From: Mobula hypostoma
Taxonomy: Eukaryota
NCBI RefSeq assembly: GCF_963921235.1
Contig: NC_086098.1
Location: 4,340,001 to 4,404,000, forward strand
Direction: 5' to 3'
Length of the DNA stretch: 64,000 bases
In this document: in pieces, positions 63,583 to 64,000 of the stretch
How the letters are laid out: each line of letters opens with the position of its first letter
How positions within the stretch are numbered: the first letter of the stretch is position 1
Made by a program: the position numbers and the translations under genes
The notes under the pieces: generated by a model
What the model was told of the DNA's origin: nothing
The model's input: the letters and a program-made list of their open reading frames with translations, nothing else
The model's database searches: none

Positions 63583-63717
63583 AGGGAGAGAGTCTGTGTG
63601 TGTGTGTGAGTGTGAGTGTGTTTGAGGGAGAGAGTCTGTGTGTGTGTGTGTGTGTGAGTGTGTTTGAGGGAGAGAGTCTGTGTGTGTGTGTGTGTGTGAG
63701 TGTGTTTGAGGGAGAGA

Positions 63718-63751
<34 letters not shown>

Positions 63752-63860
63752 GAGAGAGTGTGTGTGTGTGTGTGTGTGTGAGTGTGTTTGAGGGAGAGAG
63801 TGTGTGTGTGTGTGTGAGTGTGTTTGAGGGAGAGTGTGTGTGTGAGTGTGTTTGAGGGAG

Positions 63861-63908
<48 letters not shown>

Positions 63909-64000
63909 TGTGTGTGTGTGTGTGTGTGTGAGTGAGAGAGTGTGTGTGTGTGTGTGTGAGTGTGTTTGAGGGAGAGAGTGTGTGTGTGTGTGAGTGTGTT
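55291..64000. repeat. Compound satellite: core gagtgtgtttgagggagagagt plus variable (gt)n, running off the window end
   Basis: More than 8.7 kb of roughly 25-45-bp units. The plus strand is almost free of C. Confidence 0.98.

Noticed and set aside
54700..63749. Cys/Val-rich ORFs such as [10 protein letters not shown] repeats
   Set aside because: They are translations of GT satellite DNA, mostly from non-ATG starts.

Overview
Eukaryotic, repeat-saturated genomic DNA. The repeat mix (CR1 LINEs, Rex1/Babar, tRNA-derived V-SINE/HE1-like SINEs, Penelope pseudo-LTR pieces, RTE-derived short elements) suggests a vertebrate, probably a cartilaginous fish; this is inference only. No intact host protein-coding gene is recognisable: almost all long ORFs are decayed retrotransposon ORFs or products of tandem repeats. 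Main structures: (1) a full-length decayed Tf1/sushi-type chromoviral Ty3/Gypsy element (37065-47565) with both LTRs, a 5-bp TSD, a self-priming PBS, a -1 frameshift stem/pseudoknot and a chromodomain, carrying three nested insertions (a CR1 in gag, a Rex1/Babar inside that CR1, and a related solo LTR in integrase); (2) several other nested insertions with readable junctions; (3) candidate self-cleaving ribozymes in short retroposons (twister-like motifs in two RTE-derived elements, minimal hammerheads in Penelope pseudo-LTRs); (4) three tandem arrays: a 31-bp minisatellite with a Pol III B-box-like motif in most units, a 29-bp palindromic minisatellite grown inside an RTE-derived element, and a >8.7-kb (GT)n/TTTGAGGGAGAGA satellite with a 600-nt higher-order duplication; (5) a small CpG-rich island near 35.0 kb with minus-strand splice signals, possibly an unrecognised transcript. 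Boundaries of old repeats are approximate. All alignments, counts and folds were done by eye.
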